A stretch of DNA of 64,000 nucleotides from contig OZ244070.1 of the NCBI GenBank assembly GCA_965215605.1, positions 1,408,001 to 1,472,000 on the forward strand. The letters are read 5' to 3'. This stretch comes from an uncultured Candidatus Binatia bacterium. GTDB lineage: Bacteria; Desulfobacterota; Binatia; UBA9968; JAJDTQ01. Positions 27,940-36,817 of the stretch are shown here, one piece after another (the stretch's first letter is position 1; every line of letters starts with the position of its first letter). The notes beneath the pieces are model-generated. The model made no database searches, was not told the origin of the DNA, and saw only the letters and a program-made list of their open reading frames with translations. The position numbers and the translations under genes were made by a program.

Positions 27940-28187
27940 CGGCAGTGCAGGCGCGAAGAACGGCCTGAGTATACTGTCGAAGGTTCCTGGAGGCAGGGTT
28001 GTCTCCAGGAACCGCTCGCCGACGGGTTCCTGTCCTCGGAGCCCGCGCCGGGGGCTTCCGGACTCCTACCGCCAGTCTTGCGCATCCTTCCTGGGAAATT
28101 TTCTTCTCCTTTGGAGTGTGAATATACTCCTCAGCATAAGAACACTCATTCCGCTTCAAGGTCAGGAGTCCACGAAAGGAGACCGCC

Positions 28188-28922
28188 ATGTACGGGCACC
28201 GCGCGCGCATCGGATACACGTCGCCGCCCATCGTCACCGAGGTCTTTCCCTACGAGTTCTACAAGATGGCGCCGCCGGGGATCACCCTGGCACTGACCAC
28301 CCTCATGGTGGCGCGGCACTCGGCCGAGTCCGGGGAGGCCGAAGAGAGCTGGAACCACGCGGTCCGGGCCACCCGGGAGATGGTCCGGGCCGGCGTGGAC
28401 ATCATCGTCTTCGGCGGCGGCCCGGTGAACTACTCCGGGGGCGCCCAGCGGGTCGAAGACGCCATGCAGGCGCTGAGGGACGAGTCCGGCATCCCCGTCA
28501 CCAACAGCACCACCGCCTACCACCAAGCGGACGCCGTGCTGGGGGCGAAGGTCGTGGGGTCGGTCACCTACTCATCGGCGCCGGGAAGCACCGAGCACCT
28601 GCCCAACGAGCGCTTCACCGACCCGGACAAGACCGCCCTGGTGGGCCAGAAGTTCGCCGGCGTGCCGTTCATCGAGGTGGGCGCGATCCCCTCCGAGGTG
28701 CCGCTGCGGCTGGCCCGGGAGCTCAAGCAGGAACACCCGGACATCGACACCATCCACCTGGGCTCCCCCCACTGGGCCACCGGCGCCGTCATCGAGACCC
28801 TGGAGCAGGACCTCGGGGTCAACGTCGTGCAGGGCAGCCAGGCCATCCTGTGGTGGGCGCTGCGCACCCTGGGGATCGAGGACCGCATCGCGGGGTACGG
28901 AAAGCTGCTGAGGGAGCACTAG
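28188..28922 (+). CDS. Maleate isomerase/arylmalonate decarboxylase-like protein lacking cysteines
   Basis: GHRARIG...P, GIPVT, LEQDLGVNVV..SQA..WWALR and GYGKLL. Confidence 0.75.
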   Translation: MYGHRARIGYTSPPIVTEVFPYEFYKMAPPGITLALTTLMVARHSAESGEAEESWNHAVRATREMVRAGVDIIVFGGGPVNYSGGAQRVEDAMQALRDESGIPVTNSTTAYHQADAVLGAKVVGSVTYSSAPGSTEHLPNERFTDPDKTALVGQKFAGVPFIEVGAIPSEVPLRLARELKQEHPDIDTIHLGSPHWATGAVIETLEQDLGVNVVQGSQAILWWALRTLGIEDRIAGYGKLLREH

Positions 28923-29066
28923 GCGGCCCGCCGGGCACCCGTGCCCCACCCCTCCCGCCGCCGCCCGGTCCGTCCCTTTACCTCCACCGGCGACCGGAGT
29001 AGATTCCCCCCTGCCAACTCTGGACCACCGCTCCCCGAGGGCGAGCGGAACAGACCGGGAGGGGAA

Positions 29067-30083
29067 ATGCTGCCCGACATGCCACGAGAACAGCGGCTGG
29101 AGCTGCTGCGGAAGATGCTCATGATCCGGCGCGCGGAAGAGCACGTCGTCCGGTTCAACGAGGAACACGAGGGCCTCATCCGGGGCCACTTTCACATCTA
29201 CATCGGCCAGGAGGCCACCGGCGCCGGCGTCTGCGCCGCGCTGGCCCCGGAGGACTACGTGTTCAGCACCCACCGGAACCACGGGCACGTCATCGCCAAG
29301 GGCGGCGACCCCGGCAAGGTGCTGGCGGAGATCATCGGCCGGGAGACCGGCTACTGCCTGGGGCGCGGCGGCACCTTCCACGTGGCGGCGCCGGACCTGA
29401 ACATGCCCCACACCTCCGCCATCGTCGGCGGCAGCACGGCCCTGGCCTCGGGGGCGGCGCTGGCCGCCCAGTTGCAGGAGACCGGCGCGGTCACGGTGGC
29501 CTTCTTCGGCGACGGCGCCATGGACGAGGGGGTCTTCTACGAGAGCCTGAACATGGCCAGGCTGTGGGAGCTGCCGGTGATCTTCCTGATGGAGAACAAC
29601 TACCGGCGGGCCGGACGGGTCAACGAGGGCGCCAACGACCTGGCCAAAATTCCGCGGGCGCTCAACGTCGAGACCACCACGGTGGACGGGGGCGACGTCG
29701 GTCAGGTGTACGGCACGGTCAGGGAGCTGGTCCGGCGCATCCGGTCCGGCGAGGGACCGTTCTTCGTCGAAGCCAGCACCCATCCGTGGCCGGGCAACGA
29801 CGGCGCCCATCCCGAGCTGGTGGGCGGGGTCACCGACATCGAGTGGGCGTGGGACCCGAGCCCGGTGCCCGAGAAGGTGCGGCCCTGGTATGCCGAGGGC
29901 GACGGCATCCTGGCCTACGCGCGGGAACTGGCGGAGAGCGCGGACTGCGACCGGGACACGGTGGTGCGGGTGGACGAAGAGGTGCGGCGGGAGGCCGACG
30001 CCGCCGCGGAGTTCGCCCTGACGAGCCCGCTGCCGGCGGCAGCGGAAGCGGTCAAGTACGCGTACGCGGGAAGGGGTGACTAG
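29067..30083 (+). CDS. TPP-dependent dehydrogenase E1 alpha-like subunit
   Basis: GQEA, THRNHGH, GRGGTFH and the GDG-X-ENN TPP motif. Confidence 0.88.
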   Translation: MLPDMPREQRLELLRKMLMIRRAEEHVVRFNEEHEGLIRGHFHIYIGQEATGAGVCAALAPEDYVFSTHRNHGHVIAKGGDPGKVLAEIIGRETGYCLGRGGTFHVAAPDLNMPHTSAIVGGSTALASGAALAAQLQETGAVTVAFFGDGAMDEGVFYESLNMARLWELPVIFLMENNYRRAGRVNEGANDLAKIPRALNVETTTVDGGDVGQVYGTVRELVRRIRSGEGPFFVEASTHPWPGNDGAHPELVGGVTDIEWAWDPSPVPEKVRPWYAEGDGILAYARELAESADCDRDTVVRVDEEVRREADAAAEFALTSPLPAAAEAVKYAYAGRGD

Positions 30084-30085
30084 CC

Positions 30086-31063
30086 ATGGCGCGCGAGATG
30101 ACGTTGGGGGAGGCTCTGGTCGAGGGATTGGCCGAGGCCATGGAGCAGGACTCGCGGGTGGTGCTGATCGGCGGCGGCTTGGTGAGCTCGGGTCCGGCCG
30201 CGGCTAAGTTCCGTTCGGTGCGCGAGCGCCACGGACGCCGCATCAAGTCGCCGCCCATCGCCGAGCTGGGCTACTGCGGCATCGCCGCGGGGGCGGCCAT
30301 GGCCGGGTTGCGGCCGCTGGTGGACATCGGCACCGCGACGTTTTCCTACGAGGCCATTCCGCAGATCAACAACGAAGCGGCCGTCGCCTATTCCAACTCC
30401 GGCGGCCGGACCAACGTGCCGGTGACCTACTTCATGCGCTACGGCATCCGGGGCGGCGGCGGGGTACAGCACTCCGGCAGCCCCCAGCCTTGGTACTGGA
30501 ACACCCCGGGGCTGCAGGTGGCCATGCCCGCCACGCCGGCGGACGCCAAGGGGCTGCTGCGGACGGCGCTGCTGAAGAGCCAGGACCCCACCATGTTCTT
30601 CGCCCACGAACGGTTGCTGGGCGAGCGCGGACCGGTGCCGGACGGGGAGTACGAGACGGAGTTCGGACAGGCCGCGGTGGCCCGGGAAGGCAGCGACGTC
30701 ACCATCGTGGCCGCGGGCGTCCAGGTGCCCCGTGCGCTGGCGGCCGCCGAAGCCCTGGCCGCGGACGGCATATCGGCCGAGGTGGTGGACCCGAGGACGC
30801 TGGAGCCCCTGGACACCGGCACGCTGCTGGCGTCGGTGGGGAAGACCGGACGGCTGGTGGTCACCGACGAGAGCCACGACAACTGCGGCGTCGCCGCCGG
30901 GCTGGCCGCGCTGATGGCGGACCTGGCCTTCGCAAGCCTGAAGGCGCCCATCAAGCGGGTCGCCATCCCCCACGTGCCCGTGCCCTTCGCCGTGCCCCTG
31001 GAAGACTACGTGACCCCGACGGCCGGACGCATCGAGGAGGCGGCGCGGGCGGTGATGGGGTGA
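30086..31063 (+). CDS. TPP-dependent dehydrogenase E1 beta-like subunit
   Basis: PIAE, GLRP, QHS, PATPADAKGLL, DPRTLEPLD and SVGKTGRL. Confidence 0.9.
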   Translation: MAREMTLGEALVEGLAEAMEQDSRVVLIGGGLVSSGPAAAKFRSVRERHGRRIKSPPIAELGYCGIAAGAAMAGLRPLVDIGTATFSYEAIPQINNEAAVAYSNSGGRTNVPVTYFMRYGIRGGGGVQHSGSPQPWYWNTPGLQVAMPATPADAKGLLRTALLKSQDPTMFFAHERLLGERGPVPDGEYETEFGQAAVAREGSDVTIVAAGVQVPRALAAAEALAADGISAEVVDPRTLEPLDTGTLLASVGKTGRLVVTDESHDNCGVAAGLAALMADLAFASLKAPIKRVAIPHVPVPFAVPLEDYVTPTAGRIEEAARAVMG

Positions 31064-31106
31064 GGGGGGACCCTCCCGGGGTCCAGTGGCGGGGCGGCGG
31101 GGCCGC

Positions 31107-31859
31107 CTATTCGGACTCCCGGTACTCCCGCGCGAACGCGCACAATCGTTCCACGCACAACTCGAACAGCTCGCCGCCCTTCTCGGGGGTGGCGAGGGTG
31201 GAGTCGCCCATGACGCCCGAGGGCGACAGGTCCTCCCGCGGCGTCTGGATGTAGCCCCCTACCCTGCGCACGAAGTCGGGCATCTGCGGGCCGAGGTGGG
31301 TTTCGAGGCTGCCCTGGGCGGCCAGCTCCCCGCGCAGATGCTGGTTGATGGAGGTCTCCACCGCGCCGGCGTGGCCCACGCGGCCGCCCGGCATGTTCTC
31401 GTCCGGGAACAGCCGGTCCATGTCCTCGTTCACCAGTCCGAACCAGTTCAGCACCACGATCCGGATCCCTTCCTCGTCCTGAAGCGCCGACACCGTCGCC
31501 CGCGACAGCGCCACCTGGCCGCCGTGGCCGTTGAACAGCGCGATGCGCGTGAACCCGTGCCGGTGCACCGACCGGACGATCTCTCGGATCAACGCCGACC
31601 AGGTGCCGGCGGTGAGGCTGATGCTGCCGGGGAAGTTCTTGTTGCTGGGCGTGAAGCCGAAGGGCACCGTGGGCCCCACCAGGATATCCGGGTCCCGCCG
31701 CGCCGCCGCCCGGGCCATCTCCTGGGCGAAAAACGCGTCCGTGTCCAGCGGCAGGTGATGCCCATGCTGCTCGATGACGCCGATGGGAATGATCACCACG
31801 CACCCCTTCTCGGCGCACTCCTTGATCCGCGGCCAACTCAGTTCTTGCCATATGGGCAT
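31107..31859 (-). CDS. Creatininase-family amidohydrolase
   Basis: PIGVIEQHGHHLPLDTD, NGHGG, GHAGAVETS and SGVMGD. Confidence 0.92.
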   Translation of the reverse strand: MPIWQELSWPRIKECAEKGCVVIIPIGVIEQHGHHLPLDTDAFFAQEMARAAARRDPDILVGPTVPFGFTPSNKNFPGSISLTAGTWSALIREIVRSVHRHGFTRIALFNGHGGQVALSRATVSALQDEEGIRIVVLNWFGLVNEDMDRLFPDENMPGGRVGHAGAVETSINQHLRGELAAQGSLETHLGPQMPDFVRRVGGYIQTPREDLSPSGVMGDSTLATPEKGGELFELCVERLCAFAREYRESE

Positions 31860-31909
31860 CGTGGTCCTCCTGGCGGTTCACGGCGCTTCCCGCCGGTTTG
31901 GGACGCGGG

Positions 31910-32224
31910 CTAGGACTTCCTCGCCGAGCCTCGGCGGCGAGAGCTCGCCCGCTTCGGAGCATCCGCGTCCGTGGATCGCCCCGTTACCCACTCCATCATC
32001 AACTTCTTGATCTGTGTCTGGTAGGGCACTTCGTGCAGGCTCGCCCTGGCCTTGAACGCTTCCAGCAGATGTTCGGGGACCTTGAGGCTGATCAGCCTGC
32101 TTCCCCGGCGAGCCGCGGGCGAATGGAGCCTGCGAAACTCGTCGAGAAACCGCAGGATGTCCGCGGGTTTCATCTGCTTGCACTGCTCCAGATACTCCTT
32201 CGAGAAGTACTGCACCGGTCTCAT
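31910..32224 (-). CDS. BrnA/CopG-like ribbon-helix-helix antitoxin
   Basis: MRPVQYFSKEYLE...SRLISLKVPEHLLEAFKARA...VPYQTQIKKLM. ATGA overlap with the NTase stop. It is the 3' part of listed ORF 31910-32749. Confidence 0.75.
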   Translation of the reverse strand: MRPVQYFSKEYLEQCKQMKPADILRFLDEFRRLHSPAARRGSRLISLKVPEHLLEAFKARASLHEVPYQTQIKKLMMEWVTGRSTDADAPKRASSRRRGSARKS

Positions 32225-32685
32225 GAGGCGATACTCCTCAGTGCCCGAATGTCCTCGATGTCCTGCGGCCGCCCGCTTTTCTCCTTCATCCGGATCAGGT
32301 CGCGGACCGCCACCACGGGCAGACGGAGCCTTCCCATCGGCAGCATGTCCACCTGCATCGCCGCGAGATCTTCCGTGATGATGATATCCACCATCTCCGT
32401 GGGGTCCGCCGCATTGATGAAACTCCAGGCGATCAGATTCCGGTTGCGGATGTACTCTTCCCGGAAGTCGAACACTTCCTCCGCCTTCAGCGGCAGGCGG
32501 GGTTGCAACCCCATGCGCTTCAGCGCCGATTCCGCGGCCTTGAAATTCTCGCGGGAGAACGCGAGCACCAGGTCCAGGTCCAAGGTGCCTCGCACCGCGC
32601 CGTGCAGTGCGACCGCGTGCCCGCCGGCGATGGCAAAATGGACCCGGGCTTGCCGGAGCGCGGTGATCACTCGCTCTATCAACAC
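32221..32685 (-). CDS. Nucleotidyltransferase, AbiEii/MenT-like motifs
   Basis: AGGHAVALHG..RGTLDLD (GG...TxDxD) and C-terminal LIRMK..SGRPQDIED. Confidence 0.8.
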   Translation of the reverse strand: MLIERVITALRQARVHFAIAGGHAVALHGAVRGTLDLDLVLAFSRENFKAAESALKRMGLQPRLPLKAEEVFDFREEYIRNRNLIAWSFINAADPTEMVDIIITEDLAAMQVDMLPMGRLRLPVVAVRDLIRMKEKSGRPQDIEDIRALRSIAS

Positions 32686-32689
32686 ATCG

Positions 32690-32714
32690 CGGTATATACC
32701 GTTTATATATACCG
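32690..32714. promoter_or_regulatory. Palindromic operator candidate upstream of the NTase-RHH operon
   Basis: Perfect palindrome CGGTATATACCG (32690-32701) plus a second TATATACCG ending at 32714. Confidence 0.55.
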
Positions 32715-32727
32715 AGTGAAAGCGCCC

Positions 32728-33744
32728 TCAGTCCAGTACGAACACGCACTTGCCGGTGGTGGCGCTGTCGAAGACGCGGAAGGCCTCGACGGCGTCGTCA
32801 AGGGCGAAGCGGTGGGTGACCAGGTCGTCCAGGGGCACCTTCTCCTCCACCATGAAGCGGCAGATCTCGATCAACTCGGATTTGTTGAAGGTCCAGGAGC
32901 CGATGATGGTAGCCACCTTGAAGATGACGTCGTCCCGGAAGTTGATGGTGGACGGGGGTCCCATGCCCACGTAGCAGCAGCGCCCGAAGGTGCGCATGGC
33001 CTTGAGGATCTGGCTGCGGCACTCCGGATTGCCGGAGGTCTCCAGCGACGCGGTCGATCCCAACCCGCCGGTGAGCTCCTTGATGGCCTCCACCGGGTCG
33101 ATGTCGGAGGCGTTGATGACGTGGTCGGCGCCGTAGGCGCGGGCCAGCTCCAGCCGCTCCGGCACCACGTCCACCGCAATGACTTTGGCGCCCATGTACT
33201 TCGCGCACAGGGTCCCGCTCAACCCCACCGGCCCCTGTCCGAAGATCGCCACCACGTCGCCGCCGGCCACGTTGATCTTCTTGAGGCCGTTCCAGGCCGT
33301 GCCGGTGCCGCAGGAGATGGCCGCGCCGCCTTCGAAGGACAGCTCTTCCGGCAGATGCACCAGCAGACGCGACGGCACCAGGATGTAGTCCGCGTTGGCG
33401 CCGTGGGCGTCCACGCCGCCGAAGGTCACGTGGCCGTGGGGGCAGGCCTGCTCGAACCCCTTGGAGCAGATCTCGCAGATGCCGCAGCCCTCGTAGTGGT
33501 GCACCACCACCCGGTCGCCCACCTTGAGCCCGGCCGGGGCGCCGGCGCCCAGTTCGTGGATGACGCCGCAGGGCTCGTGGCCGGTGATGGCGTCGATGGC
33601 CACGCCGCCGCGGTACCGGTGAAGGTCGGTGCCGCACATGCCCGAGGCGCGGATCTTCACCACCGCTTGGCCCGGCCCCGCATGGGGGTCCGGAAATTCC
33701 CGGATCTCGCACTCCCGGTTTCCCTTGAACAACACGCCGCGCAT
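32728..33744 (-). CDS. Zinc-dependent alcohol dehydrogenase (MDR family)
   Basis: GMCGTDLH, GHE, CGICEIC...C and GQGPVG. Confidence 0.93.
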   Translation of the reverse strand: MRGVLFKGNRECEIREFPDPHAGPGQAVVKIRASGMCGTDLHRYRGGVAIDAITGHEPCGVIHELGAGAPAGLKVGDRVVVHHYEGCGICEICSKGFEQACPHGHVTFGGVDAHGANADYILVPSRLLVHLPEELSFEGGAAISCGTGTAWNGLKKINVAGGDVVAIFGQGPVGLSGTLCAKYMGAKVIAVDVVPERLELARAYGADHVINASDIDPVEAIKELTGGLGSTASLETSGNPECRSQILKAMRTFGRCCYVGMGPPSTINFRDDVIFKVATIIGSWTFNKSELIEICRFMVEEKVPLDDLVTHRFALDDAVEAFRVFDSATTGKCVFVLD

Positions 33745-33841
33745 AGTTTTCTCCTGTTCCGTCCGCGAGAGATTTTGATTAACGCGCGTATCACGGCCGC
33801 CGCCAACAAGGCAACCGCGACGGCCGCACAAGGCGAAAAGG

Positions 33842-33877
33842 CCTTCTGGACCCGGGCTTGACCCGTGGTCCAGAAGG
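33842..33877. repeat. REP-like palindrome
   Basis: ccttctggacc...ggtccagaagg inverted repeat around a gggcttgaccc core. Confidence 0.7.
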
Positions 33878-33971
33878 GGCGGAGCGGCGGGGTGACGGTG
33901 AGGAAGGGTTTGTGATATTGGCTTGGATGCCGCATGGAACGGCGGCAACCCTCGAACACAGGAGGTCGTCC

Positions 33972-34304
33972 ATGGAATTCGCAAATCTTGCGGAGAAGGC
34001 GGACAAGGAACAGCGGTTTACGCGACTCTTCGGAACGGAGAAGTCCTGCACCTGGATGCTTCACTTCATGCCCGGCGATCACACGGACATGCACTTTCAC
34101 GCCGAGCCGGAGACCTTTCTGGTGGTCGAAGGCAAGGCCAGCGTCAAGGATATCAACGGGGGTGAGCGCATCATCGAGCAGGGCGAGGTGGTCTTCTTCC
34201 CCGCCAAGGACTACTACCAGATCACCAACGTAGGCACCGGCCGTCTGCTCCTCTACGGCAACCGCCCCGAACCCTTCGGCGGCGTCCACGTCACCGCGAA
34301 ATAG
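33972..34304 (+). CDS. Cupin-domain protein
   Basis: PGDHTDMHFHAEPETFLVVEG and GEVVFFP. RBS ggagg. Confidence 0.85.
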   Translation: MEFANLAEKADKEQRFTRLFGTEKSCTWMLHFMPGDHTDMHFHAEPETFLVVEGKASVKDINGGERIIEQGEVVFFPAKDYYQITNVGTGRLLLYGNRPEPFGGVHVTAK

Positions 34305-34314
34305 ACCGGACCGC

Positions 34315-34338
34315 CTGGACCCCGGGTCAAGCCCGGGG
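34315..34338. repeat. REP-like palindrome
   Basis: ctggaccccgggtcaagcccgggg. Confidence 0.7.
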
Positions 34339-34358
34339 GCGCGGCTGCGGGGGAGACG

Positions 34359-35153
34359 ATGGTGCAGGCATGGGTGACCTGGCCTGTCAAGGAGATGCTT
34401 GTGGTGAACGATACGTCGCGGTCGAAGAGCCGGTATCTGGTGGGCTCGGTTTGGCCTACGAACCGTACAGGGGTGCTTGGGGACAAGGAGCTGGACCCGA
34501 AGCTGCCGCCGAGCATAGAGATGGTGCACCTGAGCATGGAGTTCACTCGGGGCAACCAGGACGAGTTCCGGGCTTCCATGCCCGGCTACGAGGCCAAGGC
34601 GGCCGAGCTGGCGGTGCTGAAACCGGACCTGATCCGGGTCATCGGGGCGCCGCCGTTCATGCTGCTGGGGTACGAGGGCGAACGCGAGACCATCCGGGCC
34701 TGGGAGAGCCGCTACGGCATCCCCATGATAACGTCGGGAATGAACCACGTGCGCGCATTCCGCACCCTGGGGGTGCGGCGGATCGTGGGCGCGAGCTACT
34801 TTCCCGAGGAGTTGAACGCCCTGTTCCGCGCCTACCTCACCGACGCCGGCTTCGAGGTGCTGGGAATGGAGGGCATCGACGTGCCCTTCGCCGACGTGCC
34901 CAAGGTGCCCGCCTCGGAGATCCAGCGGCAGCTTACGGGCATGTTCGCCCGGCATCCGGGGGGCGAATGCATTTACATGCTGGGTTCGGCCTGGAAGACC
35001 CTGGACATCATCGAACCGCTGGAGGCCGGCCTCGGGGTGCCGGTGGTGCACGCGCTGCCGGCGCGCTGCTGGGAGACCCAGATGCGCTTGGGCGTGCGGC
35101 AACCGATTCCGGGGTACGGGCGGCTGCTGGCGGAGATGCCCGAGCCGGCGTGA
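34359..35153 (+). CDS. Maleate isomerase/arylmalonate decarboxylase-like protein
   Basis: GAPPF, YGIPMITS, YMLGSAW, LEAGLGVPVV and GYGRLL. The start may be 34395. Confidence 0.75.
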   Translation: MVQAWVTWPVKEMLVVNDTSRSKSRYLVGSVWPTNRTGVLGDKELDPKLPPSIEMVHLSMEFTRGNQDEFRASMPGYEAKAAELAVLKPDLIRVIGAPPFMLLGYEGERETIRAWESRYGIPMITSGMNHVRAFRTLGVRRIVGASYFPEELNALFRAYLTDAGFEVLGMEGIDVPFADVPKVPASEIQRQLTGMFARHPGGECIYMLGSAWKTLDIIEPLEAGLGVPVVHALPARCWETQMRLGVRQPIPGYGRLLAEMPEPA

Positions 35154-35279
35154 GGCCGGGCGGGGTCCGCAAGGCGCGCCATCTCGCGGCCCTTCGGCTA
35201 ATCTGGTACACACTTGTGAAGTCCCGTCACGGGACTCGCGGTTACGCGGGTCCATCCACACTTGCAGGGAGGAATCGAA

Positions 35280-35570
35280 ATGTCATTGCGACTCATCGTC
35301 ACTATCAATGCGGTCGAGGGTAAGGGCGCGGAGCTTGCCGATGCTTATCGGGGGCGCTGCGAGGAAGTCATGAAGGAGCCGGGGTGCGAGCAATTCGAGG
35401 TGTTCCGGAGCGCCGTGAACCCGGACAAGCTGTTGCTGGTGGAGCGCTGGGTCGACCAGGCCTCGCTGGACGTCCACGCGCAGGTGAACACCACCCGGGC
35501 GCCGCTCCTGCCGGAGTTTCGGTCCGGCGCCACCGAGCGCGAAGACTACGAGTACAACCGCACCCGCTGA
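35280..35570 (+). CDS. Antibiotic biosynthesis monooxygenase (ABM) domain protein
   Basis: EPGCEQFE, LVERW and LDVH. Confidence 0.85.
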   Translation: MSLRLIVTINAVEGKGAELADAYRGRCEEVMKEPGCEQFEVFRSAVNPDKLLLVERWVDQASLDVHAQVNTTRAPLLPEFRSGATEREDYEYNRTR

Positions 35571-35601
35571 AGCGAACACTACACTGGAAAGGTCCTGCCC
35601 C

Positions 35602-36783
35602 ATGCCCGGAGCACTGGAAGGCATCAAGATCCTCGACATCACCAACTACATCGCCGGCCCCTACGCGTCGCTCTTGCTGGCCGACCTGGGGGCGGACGTG
35701 ACCAAGATCGAGACTCCCGGCAAGGGGGATCCGTTCCGCACCTGGGACAAGGAGCCCAGGAACTACAGCCCGAGCTTCTGTGCCCTCAACCGCAACAAGA
35801 AGAGCCTCACCCTGGACATGAAGGCGCCGGAGGGCAAGGAGGTGTTCCTGAAGCTGGCCCGGGACGCCGACGTGATCGTCGAGAACCTCCGGCCCGGCGT
35901 GGTGGATCGTCTCGGCATCGGCTACGACGTGGTGCGCGAGATGAACCCGCGCATCATCTACTGCTCCATATCCGCCTTCGGACAGGACGGCCCGTACCGG
36001 AAGCGGCCCGGCTACGACACCATCGGCCAGTCCCTGAGCGGGCTCCTGAGCGTACTCACGGAGCTGGACAAGCCCCACGGCCCGGGCGCCGCCTTCTCCG
36101 ATCATCTCGGGGGCGTCTTCGGCTGCTACGGCGTGCTGGCGGCGCTGGCCGCCCGGGAGCGGACCGGCGCCGGACAGAAGGTGGAGACGTCGCTGCTGGA
36201 GTCCACCATCTGCTTCCTGGGGCTCGGCCTCACACAGTTTCTTTTCAGCGGCCAGGTACACAGCATGCGAAGCCGCACCAAGACCGCCGGCGTCTACGCG
36301 CTGGTGGCGGGCGACGGCAAACCTTTCGTCATCCACCTTTCGCATCCGCCAAAGTTCTGGATCGGCGTCACCGAGGTCATGGGCCGGCCGGACTTCCAGA
36401 CCGACGAGCGCACCAAGGACCGCCCGGCGCGGGCGCAGAACTACGACTTCATCTCCGAGACCTTCGGCGCCGTGGTGCAATCGGCGCCACGGGACCACTG
36501 GCTGAAGGAACTGGAAGCCAGGGACGTTCCCTGCGCCCCCATCAACAACTTCGCCGAGGTCTTCGAGGATCCCCAGGTCAAATACCTGGACCGCCTGATG
36601 GAGGTGGACCATCCCGACTTCGGCCCCTTCAAGCTGGTGCGCAACGGCCTCAACCTGCTGGACACCCCCGTCACCCTCCGGCTCAAGCCGCCCAAGCTGG
36701 GCGAGCACAACGAGGAGACCCTGACGGAACTGGGCTACGGCCCCGAGGAGATCCGTTCCTTCCGGGAAAGAAACATCGTATGA
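35602..36783 (+). CDS. Family III CoA-transferase (CaiB/BaiF)
   Basis: AGPYASLLLADLGADV, NRNKKS, ENLRPG and RPGYD. Confidence 0.95.
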   Translation: MPGALEGIKILDITNYIAGPYASLLLADLGADVTKIETPGKGDPFRTWDKEPRNYSPSFCALNRNKKSLTLDMKAPEGKEVFLKLARDADVIVENLRPGVVDRLGIGYDVVREMNPRIIYCSISAFGQDGPYRKRPGYDTIGQSLSGLLSVLTELDKPHGPGAAFSDHLGGVFGCYGVLAALAARERTGAGQKVETSLLESTICFLGLGLTQFLFSGQVHSMRSRTKTAGVYALVAGDGKPFVIHLSHPPKFWIGVTEVMGRPDFQTDERTKDRPARAQNYDFISETFGAVVQSAPRDHWLKELEARDVPCAPINNFAEVFEDPQVKYLDRLMEVDHPDFGPFKLVRNGLNLLDTPVTLRLKPPKLGEHNEETLTELGYGPEEIRSFRERNIV

Positions 36784-36817
36784 CGGGCGCCTTGTCCCGG
36801 CACCGCGGCCGGCGTCC

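Noticed and set aside
28104-28121. GGAGT-N8-ACTCC inverted repeat as an operator
   Set aside because: It is short, occurs once, and no cognate regulator is present in the window.
29067-31063. pdhA/pdhB or acoA/acoB gene symbols
   Set aside because: Key loops are divergent and E2/E3 are absent.
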